Below are positions 1-8,864 of a stretch of 64,000 bases of DNA, piece after piece. The notes beneath the pieces were generated by a model, which saw only the letters and a list, made by a program, of their open reading frames with translations, was not told where the DNA came from and did not search any database. Both the position numbers and the translations under genes were made by a program. The stretch comes from Corallococcus sp. Z5C101001 (GTDB taxonomy: Bacteria; Myxococcota; Myxococcia; Myxococcales; Myxococcaceae): contig NZ_VKLU01000005.1 in assembly GCF_007352635.1 (NCBI RefSeq), positions 699,940 to 763,939 on the forward strand, written 5' to 3'. The first letter of the stretch is position 1. Every line of letters begins with the position of its first letter.

Positions 1-207
1 GCCGCCACGGTCCAGGCCAACCCGGTCATCCCGGCCGCTGCCAAGCCCCCCGCCAAGGCCGCCGCCAAGCCCGCCGCGAAGAAGGCCGCCCCCACCCCGG
101 TGCCCGTGGACGAAGACGCCCCGGAGCGCACCATGGTGATGCAGCTGCCCACCGCGCCCGCGGCCGAGGACGACTGGACGGCGCTCGTCGACGAGCTGGA
201 CAAGTAG
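1..207 (+). CDS. C-terminal fragment of an upstream gene (Ala/Lys/Pro-rich tail, ...DDWTALVDELDK*), 5' partial
   Basis: Open frame from window edge to TAG at 205-207; GC3-rich codon usage; followed by strong hairpin terminator. Confidence 0.5.
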   Translation, partial: AATVQANPVIPAAAKPPAKAAAKPAAKKAAPTPVPVDEDAPERTMVMQLPTAPAAEDDWTALVDELDK

Positions 208-233
208 CCCGCCCCCCTCCCGGCGGAAACGAC

Positions 234-270
234 AAGGGCCCGCGCACTTCCGAGGAAGTGCCGGGCCCTT
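234..270 (+). terminator. Rho-independent-like terminator hairpin (16-bp stem AAGGGCCCGCGCACTTC/GAAGTGCCGGGCCCTT, CGAG loop) followed by T-rich tract
   Basis: Near-perfect inverted repeat read directly; sits 27 nt after stop of partial CDS; TTCGTTCGTCGCTT downstream. Confidence 0.55.
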
Positions 271-300
271 CGTTCGTCGCTTGGGGACAACCGGTCCGCG

Positions 301-525
301 CTACAGCGCCGTGGCCGCCCGGGCCTCGCGGATGAGGTCCCGGAAGTGCAGCGAGCCCAGCACGTCCCGCACCGACACCGGCCGCCCCTCGTCCTGGGCC
401 TGAGCCTGCGCCGCCCGCCAACGCTCCACCAGCGTCCGCGTCGCGATGTACGCCAGCGCGAGGGGGAAGCCCCCCGGCATCACCACCACCACCACCGCCA
501 TCGCCAACTTCAGCCACGCCCACAT
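301..525 (-). CDS. Small hydrophobic hypothetical protein (about 75 aa, MWAWLKLAMAVVVVVMPGG...)
   Basis: ATG-initiated sub-ORF of the long antisense frame 301..1764; the part beyond 525 overlaps the MoxR gene and is rejected; hydrophobic N-terminus; no homolog recognised. Confidence 0.25.
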   Translation of the reverse strand: MWAWLKLAMAVVVVVMPGGFPLALAYIATRTLVERWRAAQAQAQDEGRPVSVRDVLGSLHFRDLIREARAATAL

Positions 526-675
526 GACCCGCGACCTCGTTCGTCCTGAGATACGCACGCTTTGATGCACGGTACGTGCCCAAGGTGCGAAAATAGTTAC
601 GCACCCTGATTCCAAGGGGTTGCATCCCCCACGGCCCTCAAGAGTGCGGACGACGCCCCCACAACCCTGGCATTT

Positions 676-1659
676 TTGCCGCAGTGGGAGGGGTGGGCGT
701 CGGTTAAGTTGACGGGCGTGAGCCCCCCTCGACTGACTTCGGAGATTCGCTCGTTCACCAGCGTGGAGGACGCGGCGCGTCGCCTGGAGGCGGTGGGCTA
801 CCTGTCCTCGCCAGAGATCGCCACGGCGGTGTTCCTCGCGGACCGGATGGGCAAGCCCATCCTGGTGGAGGGCCCGGCGGGCGTGGGCAAGACGGAGCTG
901 GCCAAGGCCCTGGCGCAGGCCCTGGACCGGACCTTCCTCCGCCTCCAGTGCTACGAGGGCCTGGACGAGGCCAAGGCCCTCTACGAGTGGGAGTACGCCA
1001 AGCAGCTGCTCTACACCCAGCTGCTCAAGGACAAGATCGGGGAGATGACCCAGGGCACCCGGACCCTGGCGGAGGCCGCGGACCGGCTCGCGTCCGGCGA
1101 CGCCGTCTTCTTCTCCGAGCGCTTCCTGCTCCCCCGCCCCATCCTCCAGGCCCAGCTGTCGGAGACCCCGGCGCTGCTGCTGGTGGACGAAATCGACAAG
1201 GCGGATCCGGAGTTCGAGGCCTTCCTGCTGGAGGTCCTGTCTGACAACGCTGTCACGGTGCCGGAGCTGGGCACCATCAAGGCCCGGCACATCCCGCGCG
1301 TCATCCTCACCAGCAACAACGCCCGCGAGCTGTCCGACGCGCTCAAGCGCCGCTGCCTGCACCTGCACATCGACTTCCCGGACCGCGAGCGCGAGCTGCG
1401 AATCGTCCGCTCGCGGCTGCCGGAGGTCCCCCAGGTGCTGGCCGAGCAGGTGGTGGAGGCCGTGGCCGCCATCCGCGCGCTGGACTTGAAGAAGGCCCCC
1501 TCCATCAGTGAGACGCTGGACTGGGCGCAGAGCCTGGCCCTGCTCAACGCCGAGGCGCTGAGCGCGGACGTCGTCGCCGCCACGCTCAACCTCGTCCTCA
1601 AATACGAGGGCGACATCGAGAAGGCCCGCGCCAACCTCCCGCAGATCGCCCAGGCCTGA
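676..1659 (+). CDS. MoxR-family AAA+ ATPase (CbbQ/NirQ/NorQ/GvpN-like)
   Basis: Walker A ILVEGPAGVGKTELAKALA, Walker B LLLVDEIDKA, typical MoxR C-terminal helical region; 327 aa. Confidence 0.85.
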   Translation: MPQWEGWASVKLTGVSPPRLTSEIRSFTSVEDAARRLEAVGYLSSPEIATAVFLADRMGKPILVEGPAGVGKTELAKALAQALDRTFLRLQCYEGLDEAKALYEWEYAKQLLYTQLLKDKIGEMTQGTRTLAEAADRLASGDAVFFSERFLLPRPILQAQLSETPALLLVDEIDKADPEFEAFLLEVLSDNAVTVPELGTIKARHIPRVILTSNNARELSDALKRRCLHLHIDFPDRERELRIVRSRLPEVPQVLAEQVVEAVAAIRALDLKKAPSISETLDWAQSLALLNAEALSADVVAATLNLVLKYEGDIEKARANLPQIAQA

Positions 1660-1809
1660 CGCGGGGCGCCGTAGCAAGGCGACGGGGAGGGCCCGGCCCG
1701 GCGGCTCCCCTGGCGTTTCACGCTTTGCCTCCCCTCGGGGCCTGGGTACAAGGCCTGGAGGCACAAGACCTCAAGCCGTCCCACCCCTAGCCCGACAAGG
1801 AACTTCCCG

Positions 1810-2757
1810 ATGAGCTCGACCTCATCCTCCGTGCTGCGCGCCGAACACATCTGGCTCGATGGGAAGCTGATGAAATGGGACGAGGGCAACGTGCACGTGA
1901 TGACGCACGCCCTCCACTACGGCCTGGGCGTCTTCGAGGGCATCCGCGCCTACAAGACCCATGATGGCCGGCTCGCCGTCTTCCGGCTGCGCGAGCACAT
2001 CCAGCGCCTGCTCGACTCCGCGCACATCATCATGCTGCAGATGCCCTACACCGAGGACCAGCTGGTGGAGGCGACGCTGGAGCTCCTGCGCAAGCAGAAG
2101 CACCTGTTCGCCAACGGCGCCTACCTGCGCCCGGTGGCCTTCATGGGCGACGGCGCCATGGGCCTGGGCGCGGTGAACCCCACCCGCGTGGGCATCACCG
2201 CCTGGGACTGGGGCGCGTACCTGGGCGACAAGGGCATGCGCGAGGGCATCCGCGCCAAGGTCAGCTCCTTCACGCGCAACCACGTGAACGTGAACATGGT
2301 GCGCGGGAAGATCACCGGCCAGTACGTCAACTCCATCCTCGCCAAGCGCGAGGCGGTGATGGCCGGCTACGACGAGGCCATCCTCCTGGACATCAGCGGC
2401 TTCGTCGCGGAGGCGTCCGGCGAGAACATCTTCATGGTGAACAAGAAGGGCATCATCAAGACGCCGCCCCTCTCCTCGCCCATCCTCGACGGCATCACCC
2501 GCGACACCGTGCTGCGGCTGCTGCGCGACAGCGGCCGCGCGGTGGAGGAGGTGACGTTCACCCGCGACGCCCTCTACATCTGCAACGAGATCTTCTTCAC
2601 CGGCACCGCCGCGGAGATCACCCCCGTGCGCGAGGTCGACAACCGCCAGGTGGGCACCGGCAAGCCCGGCCCCATCGGCCAGTTCGTCCAAGACACCTAT
2701 TTCCGCGTCGTCCGGGGCCAGGAGCCCCGCTATGCGGACTGGCTGACCTACGTTTGA
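1810..2757 (+). CDS. ilvE: Branched-chain amino acid aminotransferase
   Basis: Full-length class IV aminotransferase fold signature (EGIRAY, catalytic-lysine region MVRGKITGQYVNS, ...FFTGTAAEITPV); 315 aa. Confidence 0.9.
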   Translation: MSSTSSSVLRAEHIWLDGKLMKWDEGNVHVMTHALHYGLGVFEGIRAYKTHDGRLAVFRLREHIQRLLDSAHIIMLQMPYTEDQLVEATLELLRKQKHLFANGAYLRPVAFMGDGAMGLGAVNPTRVGITAWDWGAYLGDKGMREGIRAKVSSFTRNHVNVNMVRGKITGQYVNSILAKREAVMAGYDEAILLDISGFVAEASGENIFMVNKKGIIKTPPLSSPILDGITRDTVLRLLRDSGRAVEEVTFTRDALYICNEIFFTGTAAEITPVREVDNRQVGTGKPGPIGQFVQDTYFRVVRGQEPRYADWLTYV

Positions 2758-2816
2758 GGACAGTCCGTTGACGTGAAGTCCCGGCCGCTGGGGGAATCGG
2801 GTAGAACCCGTACCCG

Positions 2817-4154
2817 ATGCCTCCCGCCGGCCACACGTACGACGACAATCCGTTCAAGCTGGAGAACCCGTCCATCCTCGACATCGCTCCCTTGGAGCCG
2901 AAGTCGCTGGAGGACACGGGCCTGAGAATGGGCCTGCTGGCGGACCTGGGCCTCAAGTTCCTCTACTACGCCGGCACGGGCACGGGCGTGGCCATCGCGG
3001 AGAGCATGTGCCTGCCCTGGTCCGGCGTCGTCGAGCACGTGGTGGACTTCCTCGCCGCGGAGAAGCTCGTGGACCTGCGCGGCGGCAAGGGCTTTGGCCG
3101 CGCGTCCGTGGAGTTCGCCCTCACGGAGAAGGGCCGCGAGTACGCCCGCGACGCCCTCACCCGCTCCACCTACGTGGGCCCCGCCCCGGTCCCCATCGAG
3201 CAGTACAACGCCCTCATCAAGAGCCAGACGGAGGAGACGCCCGTCGTGGGCCAGGAGGACCTGCTCATCGCCCTGGGCCACCTCACCGTGCCCGCGGAGC
3301 TGATGGACAAGCTGGGCCCGGCGGTGAACTCCGGCCGCTCGCTCTTTCTCTACGGCCCCCCGGGCAACGGCAAGACGAGCCTCGCGGACGCCATCTCCCA
3401 CATGTTCGGCGGGGAGGTCTTCGTCCCGCACTGCCTCGAAATCGACAACCAGATCATCAAGGTCTTCGACCGGATCATCCACACGCCCGTGTCGCTGGAG
3501 ATTGGCCGCGACGCCAACGGCCGCCGGCAGACCTTCGAGATGGACAAGCGCTGGGCGCTCTGCCGGCGCCCCTCCGTCGTGGTGGGCGGCGAGCTGACGC
3601 TGGAGACGCTGGACCTCATCTACTCGGAGAGCACCCGCTTCTACGAGGCGCCGTTCCAGGTGAAGGCCAACGGCGGCATGCTCCTCATCGACGACTTCGG
3701 CCGCCAGAAGGTCCACCCCACGGACCTGCTCAACCGGTGGATCGTCCCCCTGGAGAAGCGGGTGGACTACCTCACCCTGCACACGGGCAAGAAGTTCGAG
3801 ATCCCGTTCGATCAGCTCCTCGTCTTCTCCACCAACCTGGACCCGAAGGAACTGGTGGACGAGGCCTTCCTGCGCCGCATCAAATACAAGATTGAAGTCG
3901 GCAATCCGGACGAGGAGTCCTACCGGGAGATCTTCCGCCGGGTGTGTGAGGCGGCGGGCATCCCCTACGTCGACCAGGCCGTCACCTACCTGGTGGAGCA
4001 CTACTACAAGCCGCGCAGCATGGAGATGCGCTCCTGTCACCCCCGGGACCTCGTGTCCCTCATCCGAGACGCTGCCCGATACCGGCAAATCCCGCCCGCC
4101 CTGTCCAAGGACCTGCTCGACCAGGCGTGCGAAGTGTTCCTGGTGAATCTCTAG
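2817..4154 (+). CDS. AAA-type ATPase with N-terminal winged-helix-like domain (uncharacterised family)
   Basis: N-terminal about 170 aa wHTH-like region (VVEHVVDFLAAEKLVDLRGGKGFGRASVEFALTEKG), then P-loop LFLYGPPGNGKTSLADAI, Walker B MLLIDDFGRQ, sensor-1-like VFSTNLDP; 445 aa. Confidence 0.7.
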   Translation: MPPAGHTYDDNPFKLENPSILDIAPLEPKSLEDTGLRMGLLADLGLKFLYYAGTGTGVAIAESMCLPWSGVVEHVVDFLAAEKLVDLRGGKGFGRASVEFALTEKGREYARDALTRSTYVGPAPVPIEQYNALIKSQTEETPVVGQEDLLIALGHLTVPAELMDKLGPAVNSGRSLFLYGPPGNGKTSLADAISHMFGGEVFVPHCLEIDNQIIKVFDRIIHTPVSLEIGRDANGRRQTFEMDKRWALCRRPSVVVGGELTLETLDLIYSESTRFYEAPFQVKANGGMLLIDDFGRQKVHPTDLLNRWIVPLEKRVDYLTLHTGKKFEIPFDQLLVFSTNLDPKELVDEAFLRRIKYKIEVGNPDEESYREIFRRVCEAAGIPYVDQAVTYLVEHYYKPRSMEMRSCHPRDLVSLIRDAARYRQIPPALSKDLLDQACEVFLVNL

Positions 4155-4178
4155 TCGGGTTTTATTTGTTCCAACCGC

Positions 4179-4198
4179 GCGGAATTTCTAGAATCCGC
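4179..4198. promoter_or_regulatory. Imperfect palindrome GCGGAAT-TTCTAGAA-TCCGC in GC-poor intergenic region upstream of Fic-like gene; possible operator
   Basis: Inverted repeat read directly (TTCTAGAA core flanked by GCGGA/TCCGC); local GC drop (gggttttatttgttcc). Confidence 0.25.
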
Positions 4199-4274
4199 GT
4201 GCCGTTGTACCGCCCGGCGCAGCCTCTGAGAAAAAGCGCCCGGGGCGGGCCGGGGCGAGAAGGAGCCGCAGTCC

Positions 4275-5114
4275 GTGAAGGAACGCTACCAGGACATCGA
4301 CGAGAAGAACGAGCAGCTGCGCGAGTACCTTGAGATCTACAAGGACAAGCAGCCCGCGCGTGAGTTCCTCGACCGCTTCGAGATGTCGTGGATCTACCAC
4401 GACGCCGCGCTCGAAGGCGTCGTGTACACGCACCAGGAGCTGATGGCCGCGCTCTTCCCCGAGCGCACCGCGGCCGAAGCCTCCATGATCCCGGTCGTGT
4501 TGGAGATCCGCAACCACAAGGCGGTGGCGGACTACATCCGCGAGGAGGCGCAGGGCGCGAAGAAGCAGTCCGCGCTCACGCTCACCACCATCAAGCGGAT
4601 GCACGACCTCTTCCTGGGCAACACGCCGGAAGCCCTGGCCGAGCGCGCGCGGATGGAGCGCCGCGAGCGCACGGAGAAGGAGCTGGCCAAGGAGCGCGAC
4701 CGCGCGGGGCTGCGCAAGGACATGCCCCTGCACCGCACCTACTTCCACGACATCACCCAGCCGGCGAAGATCCAGGCCCGGCTGGAGAAGCTCGTGGACC
4801 ACACCGCCAGCGCGGAGTTCCGTGAGTTCCACCCCATCAAGCAGGCGGCGGTGGTGCAGCACGAGTTCCTGCAGATCTTCCCGTTCACCGAGCACAGCGG
4901 GAAGGTGGGGCGCATGTGCAGCAACCTCATCCTGCTGCGCAACGGCTACATGCCCGCGGTCATCCACTCCATCGACCGGCAGCGCTACTACGAGTCCTTC
5001 CGCCTGCCCGTCGCCACCTTCCGCACGGTGCTGATGGACGCGATGGAGAACTCGCTCGACAACGGCGTGAAGTACTTCCGCGACCTGGGCCGCAAGTACA
5101 AGACCGTCGAGTAG
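4275..5114 (+). CDS. Fic/DOC-fold protein with degenerate catalytic motif (FPFTEHSGKVGR in place of HPFx[DE]GNGRxxR); probable pseudo-enzyme
   Basis: GTG start with GAAGGAG RBS 9 nt upstream; Fic core helix HEFLQIFPFTEHSGKVGRMCSNLILLRNGYMP; N-terminal IYHDAALEGV helix typical of Fic; 279 aa. Confidence 0.7.
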   Translation: MKERYQDIDEKNEQLREYLEIYKDKQPAREFLDRFEMSWIYHDAALEGVVYTHQELMAALFPERTAAEASMIPVVLEIRNHKAVADYIREEAQGAKKQSALTLTTIKRMHDLFLGNTPEALAERARMERRERTEKELAKERDRAGLRKDMPLHRTYFHDITQPAKIQARLEKLVDHTASAEFREFHPIKQAAVVQHEFLQIFPFTEHSGKVGRMCSNLILLRNGYMPAVIHSIDRQRYYESFRLPVATFRTVLMDAMENSLDNGVKYFRDLGRKYKTVE

Positions 5115-5141
5115 CCGGTACCGGCGGACGGCTTGCCGGGG

Positions 5142-5170
5142 GAGCGGGCGCCGCGAAGGCGCCCCGCTCT
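5142..5170 (+). terminator. Hairpin GAGCGGGCGCC-GCGAA-GGCGCCCCGCTC downstream of Fic-like gene
   Basis: Inverted repeat with GNRA-type loop, followed by TTCCGTG; between convergently unrelated genes. Confidence 0.4.
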
Positions 5171-5294
5171 TCCGTGAAGGCCGGGGGGTTCGTCGACACC
5201 ATTGGGGTGCTGCAACCACCCTGTCCGGAACGTTACGGGGAGAACATCCGACTTCTCGAATCCCCGTGCCGGAGGAAGTAAAAGAAGAACCCCC

Positions 5295-6416
5295 ATGCCT
5301 GTGACCCCCTCCATCCAAAGCCGCCGCTCCCAGCTGCCCGCCGGCGGCGAGCTCACGGAGCCTCCGCCAGCGCGGCTCGCGAAGCTGCCTGCCGCCGACA
5401 AGCTGGGCCGCCTGCTGCAAGTGGCCAAGGGCCACCGCCGGGCGCTCATCCTGACGCACGACAACCCGGACCCCGACTCCATCGCGGCGGCCGTGTCGCT
5501 CGCCCACCTGCTGGAGCGCAAGGCGGGGCTCGAGGCCCACGTCGGCTACGGCGGCATCATCGGCCGGGCGGAGAACATCGCCTTCGTGCGCGTGCTGCGG
5601 CTGCCGGTGTCGCACGTGTCCCAGCTGGACTTCAGCCAGTACGACCTCTTCGGCTTGGTGGATACGCAGCCGCCGGTGCGCAACCACTCGCTGCCCCCGC
5701 GCTTCCGCGCGGACCTGGTGGTGGATCATCACCCGCTGCGCGAGGAGAGCCTGCTGTCGCCCTTCGCGGACGTGGGCGGTGACTTCGGCGCCACCTCCAC
5801 GATGCTGGTGGAGTACCTCCGGGCCGCGCGCCTGGAGCCGTCCGTGGAGATCGCCACCGCGCTCTTCTACGGCATCAAGGCGGACACCCGGGACCTGGGC
5901 CGCGAGACGACCCAGACCGACGTGGACAGCTACCTGTGGCTGTTCCCCCGCTGCGACAAGCAGCTGCTGGGGCAGATCGAGCACCCGGAGCTGCCCGCGC
6001 GCTTCTTCCAGCTGTTCCACACGTCCATCGAGAAGGCGAAGGTCTACGGCACCGCCATCATCACCGACCTGGAGGAGGTCTACTCCCCGGACATGGTGGC
6101 GGAGGTCGCCGAGCGGATGATGTTCCTCGAGGGGATGAAGTGGTCCCTGGCGTACGGGTCCTTCCGCAACCAGCTGTTCCTGAGCCTTCGGGTGAAGGAC
6201 CGGCGCATGAACGCGGGCCGCCTCATCCGCGAGCTGTGCGAGGACCTGGGCGGCTCCTCCGGCGGCCACGGCAGCATGGCGGGCGCACGGCTGCCCCTGT
6301 CCGGCAGCGCCAACAAGCGCAAGGCGCTCAAGCGCGAGGTGGTGTCGCGCTTCCTGGAAGCCTTCGGCGTCGCCGAGGAGCGGCCGGTGTCGCTGCTGTC
6401 CGCGCAGGACACGTGA
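5295..6416 (+). CDS. nrnA: DHH-family phosphoesterase; bifunctional oligoribonuclease / pAp phosphatase NrnA-like
   Basis: Motifs ILTHDNPDPDSIAAA, VVDHHP (DHH), GGGHGSMAGAR (DHHA1 GGGH); ATG at 5295 with AGGAAG RBS; the ORF-track start at 5202 is an upstream extension. Confidence 0.85.
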   Translation: MPVTPSIQSRRSQLPAGGELTEPPPARLAKLPAADKLGRLLQVAKGHRRALILTHDNPDPDSIAAAVSLAHLLERKAGLEAHVGYGGIIGRAENIAFVRVLRLPVSHVSQLDFSQYDLFGLVDTQPPVRNHSLPPRFRADLVVDHHPLREESLLSPFADVGGDFGATSTMLVEYLRAARLEPSVEIATALFYGIKADTRDLGRETTQTDVDSYLWLFPRCDKQLLGQIEHPELPARFFQLFHTSIEKAKVYGTAIITDLEEVYSPDMVAEVAERMMFLEGMKWSLAYGSFRNQLFLSLRVKDRRMNAGRLIRELCEDLGGSSGGHGSMAGARLPLSGSANKRKALKREVVSRFLEAFGVAEERPVSLLSAQDT

Positions 6417-7564
6417 TCTACTGGGACCACAACGCCGCCGCGCCGGTGCGCCCCGAAGTGGGGACGCTGCTCGCGCGGGCCTTCACTCAGGGAGGCTTCG
6501 GCAACGCGTCCAGCGTGCACGCGGGCGGGCGCGAGGCACGAGCCCGGCTGGACGCGGCGCGGGCGAAGGTGGCGCGCGTCCTGGGCTGTGAACCCAAGGA
6601 GCTCTGCTTCACCGCGTCCGGAAGCGAGGCGGACGCGCTGGCGCTGGTGGGCGCGTACGCGGCCCGGCCGGTGAAGGAGCGCCGCCGCGTGGTGTCCTCC
6701 ACGGTGGAGCACCCCGCGGCGCTCGGGGCGCTCACGCGGCTGGAGCAGGAAGGCGCGCAGGTGGTACGGCTGTCCCCCGCTCCCGACGGCCGCGTGCCGC
6801 TGGAGGCCGTGCTGGAGGCGCTGACGCCGGACACCGCGCTGTGCTCGTTGATGTGGGCCAACAACGAGACGGGCGTGCTCCAGCCGGTGGCGGAGGCCGC
6901 GCGCGCGTGCCGCCAGCGAGGCATCCTCTTCCACACCGACGCCGTGCAGGCCGCGGGCAAGGTGCCGCTCACGCTGCGCGAGGTGGACGCGGACCTGCTC
7001 TCCCTCTCCGCGCACAAGTTCGGAGGCCCGCAGGGCGTGGGCGTGCTGGTGGTGCGCAAGGGCGTGGACGTGCGCGCGCTGACGCCCGGACACCAGGAAG
7101 GCGGCCGTCGCGGGGGCACGCAGAACGTGCCCTACGCCGAGGCCCTGGCCCTGGCCCTGGAGCTCGCCGCGGCGGAGCAGCCCCAGGTCGCCATGCGGGT
7201 CGGCGCGCTGCGCGACGCGTTCGAACAGCAGGTGCTCCAGCGGCTCCCCGGAGTGACGGTGAACGGCGCCGGCGCGCCCCGGGTGCCCAACACGAGCAAC
7301 CTGCGCTTCGAGGCCGTCGAGGGCGAAGCCCTCCTGATGGCGCTGGACCTGGAGGGCATCTGCGTGTCGTCGGGCGCGGCCTGCGCCTCCGGCACGCTGT
7401 CCCCGTCCCACGTGCTGCGCGCCATGGGCCTGTCCCCCACCGAGGCGCGGGCCAGCCTCCGCTTCAGCCTGGGCCCCACCACCACGTCCGCCGAGGCGGA
7501 GCGCGTCGTGGAGGCGCTGTGCACGCACGTCCCTCGCGTGCGGGCCCTGGACGCCACGGGCTGA
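6413..7564 (+). CDS. Cysteine desulfurase (NifS/IscS family, class V aminotransferase)
   Basis: GTG start overlapping nrnA stop (GTGA); PLP-lysine motif SLSAHKFGGPQGVG, active-site Cys SSGAACASG; the ORF-track frame 5936..7564 is an N-terminal read-through artefact. Confidence 0.85.
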   Translation: MIYWDHNAAAPVRPEVGTLLARAFTQGGFGNASSVHAGGREARARLDAARAKVARVLGCEPKELCFTASGSEADALALVGAYAARPVKERRRVVSSTVEHPAALGALTRLEQEGAQVVRLSPAPDGRVPLEAVLEALTPDTALCSLMWANNETGVLQPVAEAARACRQRGILFHTDAVQAAGKVPLTLREVDADLLSLSAHKFGGPQGVGVLVVRKGVDVRALTPGHQEGGRRGGTQNVPYAEALALALELAAAEQPQVAMRVGALRDAFEQQVLQRLPGVTVNGAGAPRVPNTSNLRFEAVEGEALLMALDLEGICVSSGAACASGTLSPSHVLRAMGLSPTEARASLRFSLGPTTTSAEAERVVEALCTHVPRVRALDATG

Positions 7565-7590
7565 GCCCCGCCCCGGCGTCGCGCGCGGGG

Positions 7591-7764
7591 CTACCACTTC
7601 TGGTCGGGCAGGTTCTTCTCGCGGACCTCCGGGTCGGGCTGGCCGTAGCCAGGAATCCCCTCCTTGGCCTCGTCGGGCTTGGGCGGCAGCCGCTCGTCGC
7701 CGTGCCGCGTCTCGCGGGTGGGGGTGTCCTGTTCGGGCTGCTGCTGCTTGCGCTCGTTCGCCAT
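7591..7764 (-). CDS. Small hypothetical protein, 57 aa (MANERKQQQPEQDTPTRETRHGDERLPPKPDEAKEGIPGYGQPDPEVREKNLPDQKW)
   Basis: Not in ORF track (below size cutoff); ATG preceded by GGGAGGA 4 nt upstream; hydrophilic, Pro/Glu-rich. Confidence 0.4.
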   Translation of the reverse strand: MANERKQQQPEQDTPTRETRHGDERLPPKPDEAKEGIPGYGQPDPEVREKNLPDQKW

Positions 7765-7871
7765 CGTTCCTCCCGGTGCGTGTTCGCGGGAGGAAAGGTC
7801 ATCATCTGGCGCACGCTCCGCAGCGACCCCCGCCGTCCGGGAGCCCGCGCGCCGGAGCCCTGCCCGCCCGG

Positions 7872-8864
7872 CTACTCGGCGCCGTCCATGGAACCTGTCG
7901 GCGGAGGCCCCCGGTAGGCCGGCATCTCGTCGGTGGTGCCGAACAGACCGCGCACCACCGCCGCGATGGCCAGGGGCGTCCCCACACGCTCGTCGAAGTG
8001 CGGCGACAGTGCCCGCGCGTACTCCTCCGCGGAGGGGAAGCGGTCCTCGGGGTTCTCCGCGAAGGCGCGCGCGAGCACCGCGTCCAGGGCCTTGGGCACG
8101 TCCGGACGCACGGCGCTCAAGGGGCGGTACTTGCGCGACAGGATGCTGGCGAAGACGTCTTCAGGCGAGGTGCCCACGAAGGGACGCCCCAGCGTGAGCA
8201 GTTCGTAGAGCACGACGCTCGCGGCCCACAGGTCCGCCTCCGGCGTCACCGCGCCCTGCAGCGACTCCGGGGACAGGTAGTACGGCTTGCCCAGGACCTC
8301 ACCGCCCTGGAGCTTCCCGTCCACCAGGACGCGCGACACGCCAAAGTCGCCCAGCTTGATCTCCCCTACCCGCGAGATGAACAGGTTGGACGGAGACACA
8401 TCGCAGTGGACGATGCCCAGCGGCTCACCGTCCGGCCCGGTGGCGGTGTGCGCGTACGCCAGCGCCTCCATCAGCACCTTGGCCAGGTACACCGCGAAGT
8501 CGACGGGCAGCGGAATCCCGCGCGCCTTGCACCGGCGGAGGATGTGGCCCAGGTCGCGCCCGTCCACCAGGTCCATCACCAGGAAGGACACGTCCTCCAG
8601 CATCCCCGCGTCCAGCACCTTCACGATGTTGGGGTGGTCCAGCTGGCGCGACAGGTGCGCCTCGCGCGCGAAGAGGTCCACCGACGCGGGGTCCCGGGTG
8701 AGCGCGGGCAGCAGCCGCTTGAGCGCCACCGTCCACCCGGCGTACGGCCCGGTGCGCACGCGCGCGCGGTACACCTCGGCCATGCCGCCCTTGCCCAGCA
8801 GCGACAGGATTTCGTAGTTGCCGAAGACCCGGACGGGCTTCGACACGGGGGTCGGCGCGTTCAC
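7872..8864 (-). CDS. Serine/threonine protein kinase (Hanks type, non-RD variant HCDVSPSN)
   Basis: GKGGMAEVY glycine loop, VALK lysine, HCDVSPSN catalytic loop, DFG (GDFGVS), SPE; 330 aa; 4-bp overlap with upstream gene. Confidence 0.9.
   Translation of the reverse strand: MNAPTPVSKPVRVFGNYEILSLLGKGGMAEVYRARVRTGPYAGWTVALKRLLPALTRDPASVDLFAREAHLSRQLDHPNIVKVLDAGMLEDVSFLVMDLVDGRDLGHILRRCKARGIPLPVDFAVYLAKVLMEALAYAHTATGPDGEPLGIVHCDVSPSNLFISRVGEIKLGDFGVSRVLVDGKLQGGEVLGKPYYLSPESLQGAVTPEADLWAASVVLYELLTLGRPFVGTSPEDVFASILSRKYRPLSAVRPDVPKALDAVLARAFAENPEDRFPSAEEYARALSPHFDERVGTPLAIAAVVRGLFGTTDEMPAYRGPPPTGSMDGAE

Noticed and set aside
301-1764. 487-aa minus-strand ORF antisense to the MoxR ATPase gene
   Set aside because: It overlaps a confidently identified MoxR CDS. 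The Arg/Ala/Gly-rich translation is typical of a GC-rich antisense frame, and there are no motifs. Only the distal ATG-initiated part (301-525) was retained, at low confidence.
4188-6269. 693-aa minus-strand ORF spanning the Fic-like and nrnA genes
   Set aside because: It lies antisense to two motif-supported genes and has an Arg/Ala/Leu/Gly-dominated low-complexity translation.
5936-6412. N-terminal extension of the cysteine desulfurase ORF (track start 5936) and of tyrS (10614-10970) and the zinc-ribbon ORF (21453-21911)
   Set aside because: The extensions run through the preceding gene in another frame and lack homology. The conserved N-termini, with GTG/ATG starts and RBS, are at 6413, 10971 and 21912.
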